Of a stretch of 64,000 nucleotides of DNA, positions 1 to 13,451 are shown piece by piece (position 1 is the stretch's first letter; each line of letters starts with the position of its first letter). The stretch is from Malacoraja senta (Eukaryota). The notes beneath the pieces are model-generated. The model was not told the DNA's origin, ran no database searches, and worked only from the letters and a program-made list of their open reading frames with translations. Location: assembly GCA_038087875.1 (NCBI GenBank), contig CM075987.1:27158001-27222000 (forward strand). Direction: 5' to 3'. Both the position numbers and the translations under genes were made by a program.

Positions 1-1368
1 GCAGCTGCGGCTCGCCTGCAGTCCGTCTGTCTTTTCCTTTTGTTTTGTTTTCTTTTGTCTTGTAGGACGTATGTTTTAGTTTATTTTAGTTGTGTATGTG
101 TGGGGGGCGGGGGAAACTTGTTTTAGTCTCTTCCTTCGGGGGGATGCAACCTTTTCTTTGTCATATCCCCGTCTATGTCTGCGCTGAGGCCTAATCGCGG
201 AGCTGGCGGCCTCCAACTGGGACCGACCTCGAGGCTCCGGAGGCAGAGCCAGGACTCACCATCGTGAAGCTGGCCGACTTCGGGGCTGTGGTGGCGCGGA
301 GGCCCAACTCTGGAGCCTCGGAGGCTTCAGCCGCGGGCCCAGTGGGCGACAACGTCGGGAGCTCGCAGGTCCCAGGTTGGTGACCGATTCTCCAGAGCTC
401 CCGCAACAACAGCTTCGTCCGCTGGACTGGAGGGTGGCAGCTTCGTCCGCCCCCGGGCCGCGGAGTTTGAACCGGCCTGTTCATGGAGCTCGGATTTGGC
501 CGCGGGACTTACCATCACCCGGCGGGGGGGGCCCAACATCGGAAGCCTGGATCGCCTCAACGCAGAGGGAGAACAAGGAGGGAAGAGACAAGGACTTTAG
601 CCTTCCATCAAGAGCGGAACTCGCTATCAAAACATGGAGGGGACGGGGGAACGCAATTTTTTGGCGGCCGCGCGCGCATGCGCACACACACACACGCGCA
701 CGAGGCTTCGGAGGCTCAAGGCTAAATGCAGCTCAACTCTGCCTATCTCGCCGGGTTAACCAACAACCCTGCCTGGACTGACGGGACACCAGCGCTGCTT
801 CTCCACGCTGGCCATATTTCCCGCAAGTCCAGGCAGGTTCACCTGGCGGGACAGGCAGAGCGAGCTGGGTTTAGCGCTGTTTCTCTGCGCTGGCTGTGGG
901 CCTGGGGGCACCGCGCCAGTCTGACTCCTGACCTCTCTGGCCACCCGTGGGGGGGGGGGGCACTCGGGACAGCGCCGGAGACCCGGCCGGGATCGATCCT
1001 GCCTGCGGATGGGGCGCAGGTCTGTGCCACGTCTCCCTCCTCCAATCATCGTGCCCTCGATCATCAGTCCCACCCCCACTGTCTCGCGGAAAGCGGAGAT
1101 TTTAAAATCGGATCACAAAAACTTGGGGGGGGGATGTCCCCCACCTCTCAAAACATGGGGGGGGGGGGGACGTGTCCCCTCTGGCCCCCCCCGGGTTTTC
1201 CGCCCCTGCCTTCCATCACAGTGAGGTGGTGTCTGGTAGATTCACTGTGGTGGATGTTAAACTGTGTTCATTGTGTGTTTTGTTACTTTATTTTCTGTCA
1301 TGGCTGCAAGGTACGCAATTTCGTTCAAACTAATAAGTTTGAATGACAATAAAGGAAACTCAACTCAA
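1..1368 (+). repeat. GC-rich interspersed repeat of uncertain family hosting the hAT insertion
   Basis: Sequence resumes after the TSD and ends in TGACAATAAA plus a short tandem tail (aactcaactcaa), like the Rex/Babar-type tails elsewhere in the window. Confidence 0.4.
609..1208. mobile_element. Non-autonomous hAT-type DNA transposon (600 bp)
   Basis: 8-bp TSD CCTTCCAT at 601-608 and 1209-1216; imperfect TIRs CAAGAGCGGAA / TTCCGCCCCTG; G/C-run subterminal region. Confidence 0.75.
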
Positions 1369-4242
1369 ACGCAGGCATGTAGGACTAGTGTAGCTGGGAC
1401 ATGTTGGCCGGCGTGGGCAAGTATGACTGTTGCCACACTGCATAACTGTGACTCTATGAATGGCCATCCAACTCCAAACCTGACTTCACCCAATGTCCTT
1501 CCATTTCCCCTCCCCCAAGCAGCAATCAAGACAGGGTCTCGACCCGAAACGTCACCCATTCCTTCTCTCCAGAGGTGCTGCCTGTCCCGCTGAGTTGCTC
1601 CAGCATTTGGTGTGTAACAATCAAGACATATCAGGAGTGGTTGCAGTTGAAGCCTCTCCTGGTGCAATGGTATTGAGTAACGATGAGTACATCTGATGAG
1701 TTCATAAATTGGAGGAGCAGAAATAGGCCATTCAGCCCATCGAGTCTAGTCTGCCATTCAATTATGACTGATCGATCTTTCCACTCCAGAAGACTGTGGA
1801 GACCAAGTCAATGGATATTTTTAAGGCGGAGATTGACAGATTCTTGTTCAGTACGGGTGTCGGGGTTATGGGGAGAGGGCAGGAGAATGGGGTTGAGCGG
1901 GAAAGATAGATCAGCCATGAATGAATGGTGGAGTAGACTTGATGGGCCAAATGGCCTAATTCTGCTCCTAGCACTTATGATTCCCCGGGACACAGACAGT
2001 TCTCTGGAGTTTACTGTAATATTAACCTTCCAAATATTTGGTGCAGATTCTAATCCAGTAAAGTCTCCCCTGGGCAAGTTATTCTCAACAAGTTTAATCA
2101 GATTCAAGAGTCTCAGATGCCCACAGGCACTGATCATATGCTCATAAAACACCTCAAGGAATTTGATTGCAAAGCAGACTAATTTCACAGTAGACAGACA
2201 CAACATGCTGGAGTAACTCAGTGGGACAGGCAGCATCTCTGGAGAGAAGGAAAGGGTGACGTTTTGGGTCATGACCCTTCTTCAGACTGAGAGTCAGGGG
2301 AGCGGGAGTCTAGAGATATGGATGGGTAAGATGTGAAAACAACAGATCAAAACAAACGACAAGAAGGAAATGTAGTCGGAAGGAACTGCAGGTGCTGGTT
2401 TAAACCGAAGATAGACACAACATGCTGGAGTAACTCAGCGAGACAGGCAGCATCTCTGGAGAGAAGGAATGGGTGACATTTCCGTTCGAGACCCTTCTTC
2501 AGACTGGATAAAGGAAACGAGAGATATAGACGGCAATGTAGAGAGATAAAGAACAATGAATGAAAGATATTCAAAAAGTCACGATGTTAAAGGAAACAGG
2601 CCATTGTTAGCTGTTTGTTGGGTGAAAACGAGAAGCTGGTGCGACCGGGTTGGGGGAGGGATGGAGAGAGAGAGGGCCATTATAAGGGAATGTAGAATGG
2701 TTCATGGTATGCCTCATTGTCACCTTCCCTCTAGCTAACAACCAGTAAAGCAGCATCTGCAGTTCCTTCCTATTCATTTCACAAGAAGCTGCAGGGATAA
2801 TTCATTCTCCCAAACCATAATAAATACAAACTCACCAAAACAAGTCTGCAGAAAGATAATTAGCCAGGAGGCAGTAGGGAGGCCTCCAGATGACCTTTGA
2901 TGGAATTTTAGTCATTGCTCTGGTTAGGAAATTCTCATTGATGTTGGCTGTTATTATTATGAACAATGGATCACTGCCGGATACCTTTTCTCTGGATTCC
3001 CATCGTCCAACAAGTCCATTTGCAACATGCAGGCACCACCGCAGAGGAGAAACAATATACATCTCTTTAGTCAAGGGCTTCTCACGCACCGAGTCTCTGG
3101 AATCTTCTATAAATACTGATGCAGAGCAGAGAGCAGTTCCTCACATAACACAAAGCTCACAGCCTGAATTAGTTACATGTCCACAGTCCTCCAATGAAGT
3201 GGACCTTAGGACTAACTGGTAGAGAATACAATACACATACCTTATTGCTGGAAAACTAGGAGCTCCGGTTTCTTCCCACATCCCAAAGGGGTGCAGGTTT
3301 ATTGCCCCTAGTGAGTAGGATGTAAATGTGGGATAAGATCGAACTAGTCGTGTACAGGTGATCGATGGTCGTCGTGGACTTGATGGGCTGAAGGGCCCAT
3401 TTCCACACTGGATCTTAGACTTTAGACACAGCACAGAAATAGGCCGAGTCCGTGCCAACTAGCAAAGGCACACCACAGAGCCAGGCCCTTCGGCCCATTG
3501 AATCCGTGTCCACACACTGGGGACAATTTTTTTTAAAACAATTTACCAAAACCAATTAATCTACAAACCTGTACGCCTCTGGAGTATGGAAGGAAACCGG
3601 AGCACCCGGGGAAAACCCACACAGGTCATGGGGAGAACATACAAATAGTGCCTGTAGTCAGGATCGAACCCGGGTCTCTGGCGTTGTAAGGCAACAATTC
3701 TACCGCTGCGCCACCGTGCCGCCCTATTCTCTAAAATTTATGTAGAGCTCTATCTCTAAACTCTAAAATTTATTCTACAAAGTACCAAGGATTAAAGCTA
3801 TTAGTTGACTTGCATAACAAATCACCAACTACCGTACACATGTAGTTACAAAACTATTTCTCCTTGCATTCATACAATGATGGTTATTATACTCGAGATG
3901 CTAATCGAACAACCACAGGATAATCCATCATGCTATTGATGTTAAGGCCATGATAAGATGATTGGAGAAACCGGACCAGGTTCCAGAGTAGATTTTCCTA
4001 CAGGCCTCTTTCAGAACGAACTTTCAGTGACTGAAGATTTCATCCATTTATTTGGACTTCAGATTCCAAACCTGATACTGTGTGCAAGATCGCAGTCTCA
4101 GGTGGAAGCTGACAGGTAGATGTATTGCCTTTCACATCAGCAGGAATACTGCCAGATTGGAACCACCTTTCACTGGCTGATCATTGCCAAAACAATCTCA
4201 CTTTAAAGATAAAGTTCTTATTGTTTTAAGAAAAAGGCCGTT

Positions 4243-4546
4243 CGGTGGCGCAGCGGTAGAGTTGCTGCCTCACAGCGCCAGAGACCCGGGTTCGATCCCG
4301 ACTATGGGTGCTGTCTGTACGGAGTTTGTACGTTCTCCCCGTGACCTGCGTGGGTTTTCTCCGAGATCTTCGGTTTCCTCCCACATTCCAAAGACGTGCA
4401 GGTTTGTAGGCTAATTGGCTTGGTGTATGTGTAAATTGTCCCTAGTGTGTGTAGGATGGTGTTAGTGTGCAGGGATCGCTGGTCGGCGCGGACTCGGTGG
4501 GCCGAAGGGCCTGTTTTAGCGCTGTATCTCTAAACTAAACTAAACT
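4243..4546 (+). mobile_element. tRNA-derived HE1-like V-SINE, full length (other + copies ~6696, 8005, 22092, 27082, 33912, 41370, 46201, 54763, 56599, 57866)
   Basis: Pol III A box GGTGGCGCAGCGG and B box GGTTCGATCCC, central GGTTTCCTCCCAC core, LINE-like 3' tail gggccgaagggcctgttt and (CTAAA)n end. Confidence 0.88.
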
Positions 4547-7500
4547 CTGTCATGTTCATGTCATAAGAGCAGAATTAGGCCTTTCGGCCCATCAAGCCAT
4601 TGAATCGTGGCTGATCTATCTCTCCCTCTCAACCCCATTCTCCTGCCTTCTCCCCATAATCCCTGACACCCGTACTAATCAAGAACCTATCAATCTCCAC
4701 CTTAAAAATATCCATTGACTTGTCTCCACAGCCGTCTGTGGCAATGAATTCCACAGATTCACCACCCTCTGACCAAAGAAATTATTCCTCATTTCCTTTC
4801 TAAAGGTATGTTGTTTTATTTTGAGGTTATGCCTCCTGGTCCTAGACTCTCCCACTAGTGGAAACATCCTCTATCCAGGTCTTTCACTATTCTGTACGTT
4901 TCCATGAGCTCTCCTTTCATCCATTTGTCCTGTCACATTGGCTCGATGCCAGGGCCATTTCAGTAGAGTCATATTAAATACTCACTCATTTCTCATCCAT
5001 CTTCCTGGCCAGGTCTTTCTGCAGATTTCTTCATGCCATTAAACACAGCCATTGATTGCTCTGTTAGCCATGATTTCCCTTCCCTTCCCCATCAGTGGAG
5101 CAAGCAACATTTTGTATTCCATGGGGTGCTTTATATCTGGGGCAGCCAGAGCTGATCAGTGTATGAGCTCAAGCTGTGTGCTCAGGCCCTCTTTGATTAG
5201 ATGTGCTTGCACCAACCTGTCACTAAGCACCTGAACCCTTTGTTGCTATGGCAGGGGGCATCAATAACGGCTACAGAGTGGGGCTTAAAATCATTTCCCT
5301 TCAAATTGGACAATTTTAAAAGCAATTTGGACTGCTTCCCAATCAGTCGATATATACTTTCACTTGATTTCCCAGAGAACCAATTTAAAATGGTGGCTTC
5401 TCGTTTAATGTGGAAGTAATTGCAGTCACAGGTTGTGGCAGTGTGGCGAGGATCTGCCCATGGACATACATCATTGACCAGCAACAGTTTCACTGTCAAT
5501 GTACGAAGCTATATTTGTTTCTTTCTCACCTCTTGTCACGTGTACCGAGGTACACTCGTGTAAGTGTATGAGTGGGGTTTGATTAGTACGGGGGTCGGTT
5601 TATGGGGTGAAGGCAGGGGAATGGGGTTAGGTGGGAGAGATAGATCAGCTATGATTGAATGAATGGCGGAGTAGACTTGATGGGCCGAATGGCCTAATTC
5701 TGCTTCTATCACTTATGAACATGAAATTCGGTGAGAGGTGGCACGGATCTGAATGAATGGGTGCCGTGCGTGCGTGCTTACAAATAAATAGCCGGAATTA
5801 TTGGTGTGGGAATGTGTTTGTGTCCTGTATTTAATGGTTAACAGAGATGGCGAGCAAAGTTCTTTCCTCCATCTCTAAGACCAACGTACCCTGCATCTTA
5901 AAGAACTGTTCATGTCTTCTTCTATGAATTGAAGACAAATGCCATTGTGTTGGTCTATGAATTCGACAATGGAACTGTTTGTTCAACTCATCCTTATTTT
6001 TCAATATTGCCTGCATGTGTAGTCTTTGGTCAGAGGGTGGTGGATCTGTGGAATTCATTGCCACAGACGGCCGTGGAGGCAAAGTCAGTGGATATTTTCA
6101 AGGCACAGATAAATAGATTCTTGATTAGTACGGGTGTCGGAGGTTATGGGGAGAAGGCAGGAGAATGGGGGTTAGGAGGGAGAGATAGATCAGCCATGAT
6201 TGAATGGCGGAGTAGACTTGATGGGCCGAATGGCCTAATGTGGCTGCTGTGTCCTGTGTGTAGCCTCTCTTTAATTAAATGGCTTGCTTTGCTTCATAAT
6301 CTAATAATCTTGAAGCCAACCAATAATGCTTGGAGGAAGTGCCTTCAAGGGTCGATACTCTATTCGTTGTTGTAGTCATCATTTAGAGTAGTGTGACCAC
6401 TGGTTTGTGGCAGGGATAGATGCATGCACTTTAAATATTTGCATCTATATTAATTATTTGGCTGAGAGAGGCAGATGTATCATCTCTAAGCTGGAGACAC
6501 GAGACACTGCAGATGTTGGAGTCTTGCATAAGAAACAAAACAGCCAGAGGAACTCAAGGTAGACACAAAAAGCTGGAGTAACTCAGCGGGACAGGCAGCA
6601 TCTCCGGAGAGAAGGAATGGGCGACGTTCCGGGTTGAGACTGTGTCAAACTGGAGGGAAATGGGCAGACCACCTACCTGCCTCAACCACGGGGCCGGCAC
6701 GGTGGCGCAGCGGTAGAGTTGCTGCCTCACTGCACCAGAGACCCGGGTTCGATCCCAACTACGGGTGCGGTCTGTATGGAGTTTGTACGTTCTCCCCGTG
6801 ACCACGTGGATTTTCTCCGGGTGCTCCGGTTTCCTCCCACACTCCAAAGACGTACAGGTTTGTAGATTAATTAGCTTGGTGTACATGTAACTTGTCCCTA
6901 GTGTGTGTAGGATAGTGTTAGTGTGCGGGGATCGCTGGACAACAAGAGGTGTCTGAAGAATAAGGGATGTCCTCATTAAGGCCTACAAGGGTCATAAGTG
7001 ATAGGAGTAGAATTAGGCCATTCAGCCCATCAAGTCTACTCCGCCATTCAATCATGGCTGATCTATCTCTCCCTCCTAACCCCATTCTCCTGCCTTCTCC
7101 CCATAACCCCTGACACCCGTGCTAATCAACGTTTAATAAAAGTTTAGGAACATCAACAGGATAGAGGCAGGGAGATTGCTTTCCTTGGATGAGGACAATA
7201 GACAATAGACAATAGATGCAGGAGTAGGTCATTTGGCCCTTCGAGCCAGCACCGCCATTCAATGTGATCATGGCTGATCATCCCCAATCAGTACCCCGTT
7301 CCTGCCTTCTCCCCATATCCCCTGACTCCGCTATCTTTAAGAGCTCTATCTAACTCAAGGAAAGGTGAAGCCTACAATGGTGTATTGTTGGCTGTAGGAT
7401 AGGTTATCACGGACAGTGAAACTCAACAGTTTCATTAAGAGCCCTATCTAGCTCTCTCTTGAAAGTATCTTGAGGAGTTTAATATTCGTGGTCAGTCTCA

Positions 7501-8952
7501 GAGAGGTCATAAAGAAACTACTCCACACAGATGAAGGGGCTTATACAGAGTGCTACAGCATGGAAACAGGCCCTTCGGCCCAACTTGGCCTCAAAGGCCA
7601 ACATGTCCCAGCTACACTTATCCCACCTACCTGCATTTGGCCCAAATCCCTCTAAACCTGTCCTATCCAAGTACCTGTCTAACTGTTTCTTGAACGTTGG
7701 GATAGTCCCTGCTTCAACTACCTCCTCTGGCAGCTCGTTCATTTTACCTCCTTTGTGATCAGACTGGCAGCTTGCAACCCATGCATGTGTAAACCTTCCT
7801 CAGGCAAGTATTACACATCTTAATTATAATTCCAATCATTCTGAGCTTTTTCCTAACCTCTTGCAATTTGTTTTTACCTTTACAGACTTCATTTATTATT
7901 TATTTACTACTTTATTTATTTAGAAGGGAACTCTGTCAGCAGGAGAAAGAATAAATACATTAAAATGTGGAAAAAACGCAGCAATGGTGATAAGGGAAAC
8001 AGTCAGCACGGTGGCACAGCGGCAGAGTTGCTGCCTCACAGCGCCAGAGACCCGGGTTCCATCCTGACTACGGGCGCTGTTTATACGGAGTTTGTACGTT
8101 CTCCCCGTGACCTGCGTGAGGTTTTTCCCGGGTGCTCCGGTTTCCTCCCACACTCCAAAGATGTACAGGTTTGTAGGTCAATTGGCTTGGTAATATTGCA
8201 AATTGCCCCTAGTGTGTGTCGATAGTGTTAGTGTGCGGGGATCGCTGGACGGTGCGGACTTGGTGGGCCGAAGGGCCTGTTCCGTGCTCTATCTCCAATC
8301 TCCAGCACTCTGTGAAACATCACCTATCCACGTTCTCCACAGATGCTGCCTGACCCGCTGAGTTACTCTGGCACAGTGTACTTCTGTGCTTTGTAAGCTA
8401 TACGGAACCACACTATAAATGATAAGGTAGACCAAAATGCTGGAGAAACTCAGCGTGTGCGGAAGCATCTATGGAGCGAAGGAAATAGGCAACGTTTCGG
8501 CCCGAAACCCTTCCGGGTTTCGGCCCGAAACGTTGCCTATTTCCTTCAGGGTTTCGGCCCGAAAGGTTGCCCATTTCCTTCGCTCCACAGATGCTGCCTG
8601 ACCCGCTGAGTTACTCCAGCACTCTGTGTCCTACAATAAATGACCTTTTATTGTGTTCATTTTGACGAGACCTCACCGCCATCTACAATATATCCTTCCT
8701 TCATGATTCGGCATCTGTGAAGGAAACTGGTGTAAATAGATTCAAGGAGGATGTGTGTTTTTTTAAACACGGCGATTTTAAAATGCCTTCAGTGTATTGG
8801 AACGTAATTCACAGCCAGTGGGATGGTTGTACTGTGTTTCTGTCACACAGGAGAGGGAGAACATCTAAAGTGGTGACTCATTGAGTGTGTGAGTGACAAC
8901 AACACAGGCAAGCAAGAGGCAAAGCCCAGTACATTTCTGCTTCTCTCAAAAG

Positions 8953-8958
8953 TTTATT
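8953..8958 (-). terminator. Polyadenylation signal AATAAA (candidate, NSMF)
   Basis: Minus strand reads T-rich upstream, AATAAA, then tgcttgcctgtgttgttgt ~40-60 nt downstream. Confidence 0.55.
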
Positions 8959-9104
8959 AAATAACATCTCAAAACTGTAAAATATTAAATATTATTCAAA
9001 TCAGTTCTGAACGTTAAGTGCAGGACGTGCAGAGCTCACAGCTCAAGGAAGGAACGGCAGTCTGTACATTTAGACACTAACCAGAAAGTGGTGGGCAAGC
9101 TAGG

Positions 9105-9275
9105 TAGAGAGAGAGGAGAGTGAAGAGAGATGGGGAGAGGGGGAGAGTGAGAGGAGGGAAGGAGGGAGAGAGAGAAGGAGAGAGAAGAGAGTGAGAGAGA
9201 GAGAGAGGGGGAGGGCGAGAGGAAGAGGAGAGAGAGGAAAGGAGAGAGGGAGAGAGAGAGGAGAGTGGGAGAGAG
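9105..9275. repeat. Polypurine (GA)-rich low-complexity tract (similar at 51200-51430 and 53270-53455)
   Basis: Direct reading. Confidence 0.85.
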
Positions 9276-9384
9276 TAGTGATGTGGCGTGTACAACATAA
9301 TAATCCCAGGATTGCAACCAATGTACAGGTGGCAAGGTGGCGCAGTGGTGGATGCTACCAAATCAGCTCTCCTAGATTTACCGA

Positions 9385-9725
9385 ATAGTAAAAGGCTTGG
9401 ATGGAGTGGATGTGGAGAGGATGTTTCCACTGGTGAGAGAGTCCAGGACTGGAGGTCACAGCCTCAGAATTAAAGGACGTATGGAGATGAGGAGGAATTT
9501 ATTTATTCAGAGGGTGGTGAATCTGTGGAATTCTTTGCCACAGGCAGCTGTGGAGGCCAAGTCAGTGGATATTTTTAAGGCAGAGATAGATAGATTCTTG
9601 ATCAGTATAGGTGTCAGAGGTTATGGGGAGAAGGCAGGAGAATGGGGTTAGGAGGGAGAGAGATCAGCCATAATTGAATGGCGGAGTAGACTTGATGGGC
9701 CGAATGGCCTAATTCCGCTCCTAGA
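9385..9725 (+). mobile_element. CR1 3' fragment, tail type B (similar: 4560-4920 -, 6020-6240 +, 18222-18353 continuing 18991-19118 +, 23100-23280 +)
   Basis: RMFPLVRESRTGGHSLRIKG...QRVVNLWNSLP; tail gagtagacttgatgggccgaatggcctaatt. Confidence 0.85.
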
Positions 9726-10895
9726 ACCTAGGAAGTTCGGCAGCCAGTGACGTTTGCATTGTGACATTGCACAGTCAAAAAACATAGACTTGAAATATAT
9801 TGAAGCTGAAAGACCATCAAATCAATAACCTAAACTAAATGATTGCAATATCAGGCATGTGATAAATGATTTATATAGAGTGTGCCAACACACCAGCCAG
9901 GTAAAATCGTCACTAATTCTCTATCTATCTCAGCGCTGCTTTTCCATGGAGTATCGCTGCATCCTCTACAAAGTACCGGCAAGGACAAAGTGCGAGTGGT
10001 GATTGTAAGGGAGGTGCTCTGTTGCTTGGCACCTCTGGTGAAAAGCTCTGAAGAGTACAATTATAGAACTGGTTCTCGCGAAACTGGGCTGCGTCTCCAA
10101 GGACCACTTCCAGCCGTGTTCGCTGGTGACAATTAAAAACACAATGCAGGCGTGTGACACATCCCTGTGGCATCTTGTCACCGTGCGCCTCAAAATAAAG
10201 TGTGGGACTGTAACGGATCGCGGCACCAACTGTAGCCGCCGACTCTCTCGTTAACGTAAACTGCCTGAGAAATCAGCTGAGGAATTGTCACGTCTCTGGC
10301 GCAGTTTGGTTGCTGAAGCTTTGCACTGTACCTCGGTACACGGGACAATAAACACAACTGAACTAATCTCAACTAAGGCGGCATAAACAAGGACGAGTCG
10401 CAACCCGGCCACTCCCTCTTCTCCCCTCTCCCATCGGGCAAAAGGTACAGAAGTGTGAAAACGCACACCTCTGGATTCAGGGACAGTTTCTTCCCAGCTG
10501 TTATCAGGCAACTGAACCATCCTACCAACAACTAGAATGATCCCACCACTCTATAACTCAGCTGGTCAGGCAGTGCCTCTGGAGATGTGCGTTTCTGGAG
10601 ATATCTTTGGATCCGACTCAGAACTATTAACGGTGAGTCACTTAATAGAAAAACTCCGAGTTACGAAGTCCCCCCGAACATGAATCATCGACACATGAAA
10701 TGGATCTCCCACTGGAAACACCTGGAACTTGTTGTAAGAAACATCCAGGTTCAGGAACAGCTGCTTCCCTACAGCCATCAGGCTAGTAAACACTACAACC
10801 TCCAATAAGCTGAATAACATAGACATCGCACGTCAATAACAACAATGGTATATGTAATATTGCTGTTGTTTGTTTTTTGTGTATGTATGTGTTGC

Positions 10896-10940
<45 letters not shown>

Positions 10941-13324
10941 TACACACACATATATCACACACACACTGAGCTTTTCTCGTTTATAATATTGTTTACAGTG
11001 TACAACGTTTCCATTTTCTGTTGTGCTGCTGCAAGGAAGAATGTCATTGTTCTATCTGGGACACATGACAATAAAACACTCTTGCCTCTTGAAGACCCAA
11101 CCCACAGAAGTAGGAGGGGATAGAATTTTAGGCCAGGGAGACAAGAAATGTCTGAATGATCTTTCTCAACCCTAATGAACCAGTGGGTCTGTGTGGGAAA
11201 GAACGGCAGATGCGGGTTCACACCGAAGATAGACACAAAATGCTGGAGTAACTCAGCATCTCTGGAGAGCAGGAGTGGGTGACGTTCCGGATGACGTAGG
11301 CCTGGAGCCGAGCCTGGAACTCAGGTGAGGCAACGGCTCTGGCCCGCTGGTGGAGGCTCGCGGGGGGCTGGAGTAAAGGTACGGGTCTCCCCGGACTCTC
11401 AGTCTGAAGAAGGGTCCTGACCCGAAACGTCACCCATTTCTTCTCTCCAGCGATGCTGCCTGTCCACTGAGTTAATCCATCATTTTGTGTCTATAACCAG
11501 TGGTTCCTGTGTGAATTCTCTGCATTCTGTAAATGTAGGACATGTTCATTCACTGATAGCGTCTGATTATGCAGAATTTTACCAGAATATCAATAGCTGA
11601 ATCATAAATGTGAAATACGGAAAATGAAAGTTTTTTTAATGGAAAATTGGTTGCTTTAAATGGGGAAATAAAAACCATTTGGTACAATCAACATTATACC
11701 CGCACGATAACATTGTATTCTATAGTTTAAGGATTTATACTGAGGAAATTCTGATTGAAGAACATATTTGATGGTCATGAATCTGAAATTCATGGGGTTT
11801 AGGAAGGTTTGAGTCATCAGTGCCTCTTCTCCTTCCACACAAACTTTGATCTCAGAGAGAACAATTTAGCTACTGAGATAAGTCCCATTATTGGCGTGTT
11901 TTTACATTAATAAAGAATTCACTCTGACTGCTTGAGACAGTCTTACACCAAAAACTAACGTTGAGTGGGTTACCTGAAAATCAAGATGCCCGGTTTCCTC
12001 TCTCAACGGCTAGACTACATCGCAACACTTCTAGAATATTCTTTAACCAAACCCTTGAACTACAACAATATCCTAAATAGAGGACAGCTCCTAATCTAGA
12101 GATCCTAGCCTAAGTCACAACAGTAAAACACCTCCTTAATTCTGCCACTCCACCATTTTAAGAATGCTATTTGCTACATCAATGTAATGGGATCGAGTAT
12201 AAATAATCTTTAAATCAAATCAATTCCAGTGCGTCAATCAATAAAAAGTCAACACTTCATGTTCAGACCTCACGCAATGGAGCTATCTTGGAAGTAAAAT
12301 GAATTCAGAATTCAACAACAAAGACCATCATATTGTCCATCAAAGGCCATTAGAGTGTCTGTAATTAAATGAAGACAATGCTGTTGGCGTTTACAATGCA
12401 TCAGGTGAAGGTCACCTGGGAAGATGAGCCTCCCGTCTTTGTTAATACTCAATGTTCTCTCGTGTTGCCCATTTTACCACCAACTTCAATCTTGCCAATT
12501 TCCACATCCTGCCAACAGCTAGTTTTGTTCCAAGAACAATAAATCCCACATGCCTCTTATTTCTACAACTCTATCACCACTAGTGTTCCAACTGCAGCCA
12601 ATAAAGTAAAGACATTAAGAATACTTAATTGTGGATGTTTTCGCCCAAAGAGTCCGATTTTCAACCTAGTGAAGCCTCCAGTCGGCTCTTCCTTGCCACT
12701 GCCAGAGTGGTCAACTAAATGATAATGGAACCCACTGCACTACACTCTCAAATAGATGAAATATCCTCCTAACTACTGAGAGACTCTTATTAAACTAACT
12801 CGTATAATTCGCACTATTCAATTAAAAGTCCATTGTACCTATATTCAGTAATAAAACCTTCCACTGCTTTACTTCACACAAAGCTGGCTTCTGCTGAGTG
12901 TGCCCGTGACCAGCGAGCTGGTGGTCCTGATCCACGCACCTTTCAAGCCAAGCCCATAGAACCATCAAAGAATCTCGTATGGCACACTCTAGTTCCGCCA
13001 GGATCCCAACAGCCCATCCTTTGCCCAAGGAGGGTGGGGGTGAAAAAATGTTAACCCAACACACTCCTGCCTTGACCTGGGTTGGCCTTGCGTAAAATCC
13101 ATACTCCTGCTTCATCTGCTCAAAGCGACAAAGCTCCCGAATGGCTCCGATCCATTCCTATCCAGGACTTCCAATAACCCGATCTTCCTCTGAATAAGAT
13201 ACAACAGAGGTGTCTTCAGGTTCTTCTCCGTCCCATCACGGACACCCCGCCATCTGCACTGAAGAGATGGCTTTCTCAATGGGAGCAGTTACAATTGATT
13301 ATTCCAATTCCATCTTCCTTTTCC

Positions 13325-13422
13325 TCACAAGATGTCATCATAGTCCAGTAACTTGGAGTGCTGCCTGGATTTCCAGAGTCTATAGAGACGAAAATCAAAG
13401 TACGTCTCGATCATTCGCTTCC
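13325..13422 (-). CDS. NSMF: NSMF exon 16 coding part (98 nt), GKRMIETYFDFRLYRLWKSRQHSKLLDYDDIL*
   Basis: Acceptor gaattccag|; conserved C-terminus; TGA at 13327-13325. Confidence 0.96.
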
Positions 13423-13451
13423 CTGGAATTCAACGGGAGAACAGTCAGTCA

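Larger units (their letters stand above)
8930..13324 (-). other. NSMF: Probable NSMF 3' UTR (end approximate)
   Basis: Long repeat-free AT-rich stretch 11500-13324 follows the stop; the first convincing AATAAA plus downstream GT-rich element is at 8953-8958. A weaker ATTAAA lies at 11635-11640. Confidence 0.5.

Noticed and set aside
191..1346. GC-rich ORFs suggesting a CpG-island gene
   Set aside because: The region is a repeat with a nested hAT element (8-bp TSD); ORFs cross element boundaries and resemble no known protein.
1990..2190. LRR-like peptide LRLLNLIKLVENNLPRGDFTGLES in ORF 1808..2272
   Set aside because: Spacing does not fit LxxLxLxxN, no convincing splice sites, and both ORF ends are TE sequence.
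4243..4320. tRNA gene
   Set aside because: A and B boxes belong to the SINE head; no complete cloverleaf, and it continues into the SINE body in more than 20 copies.
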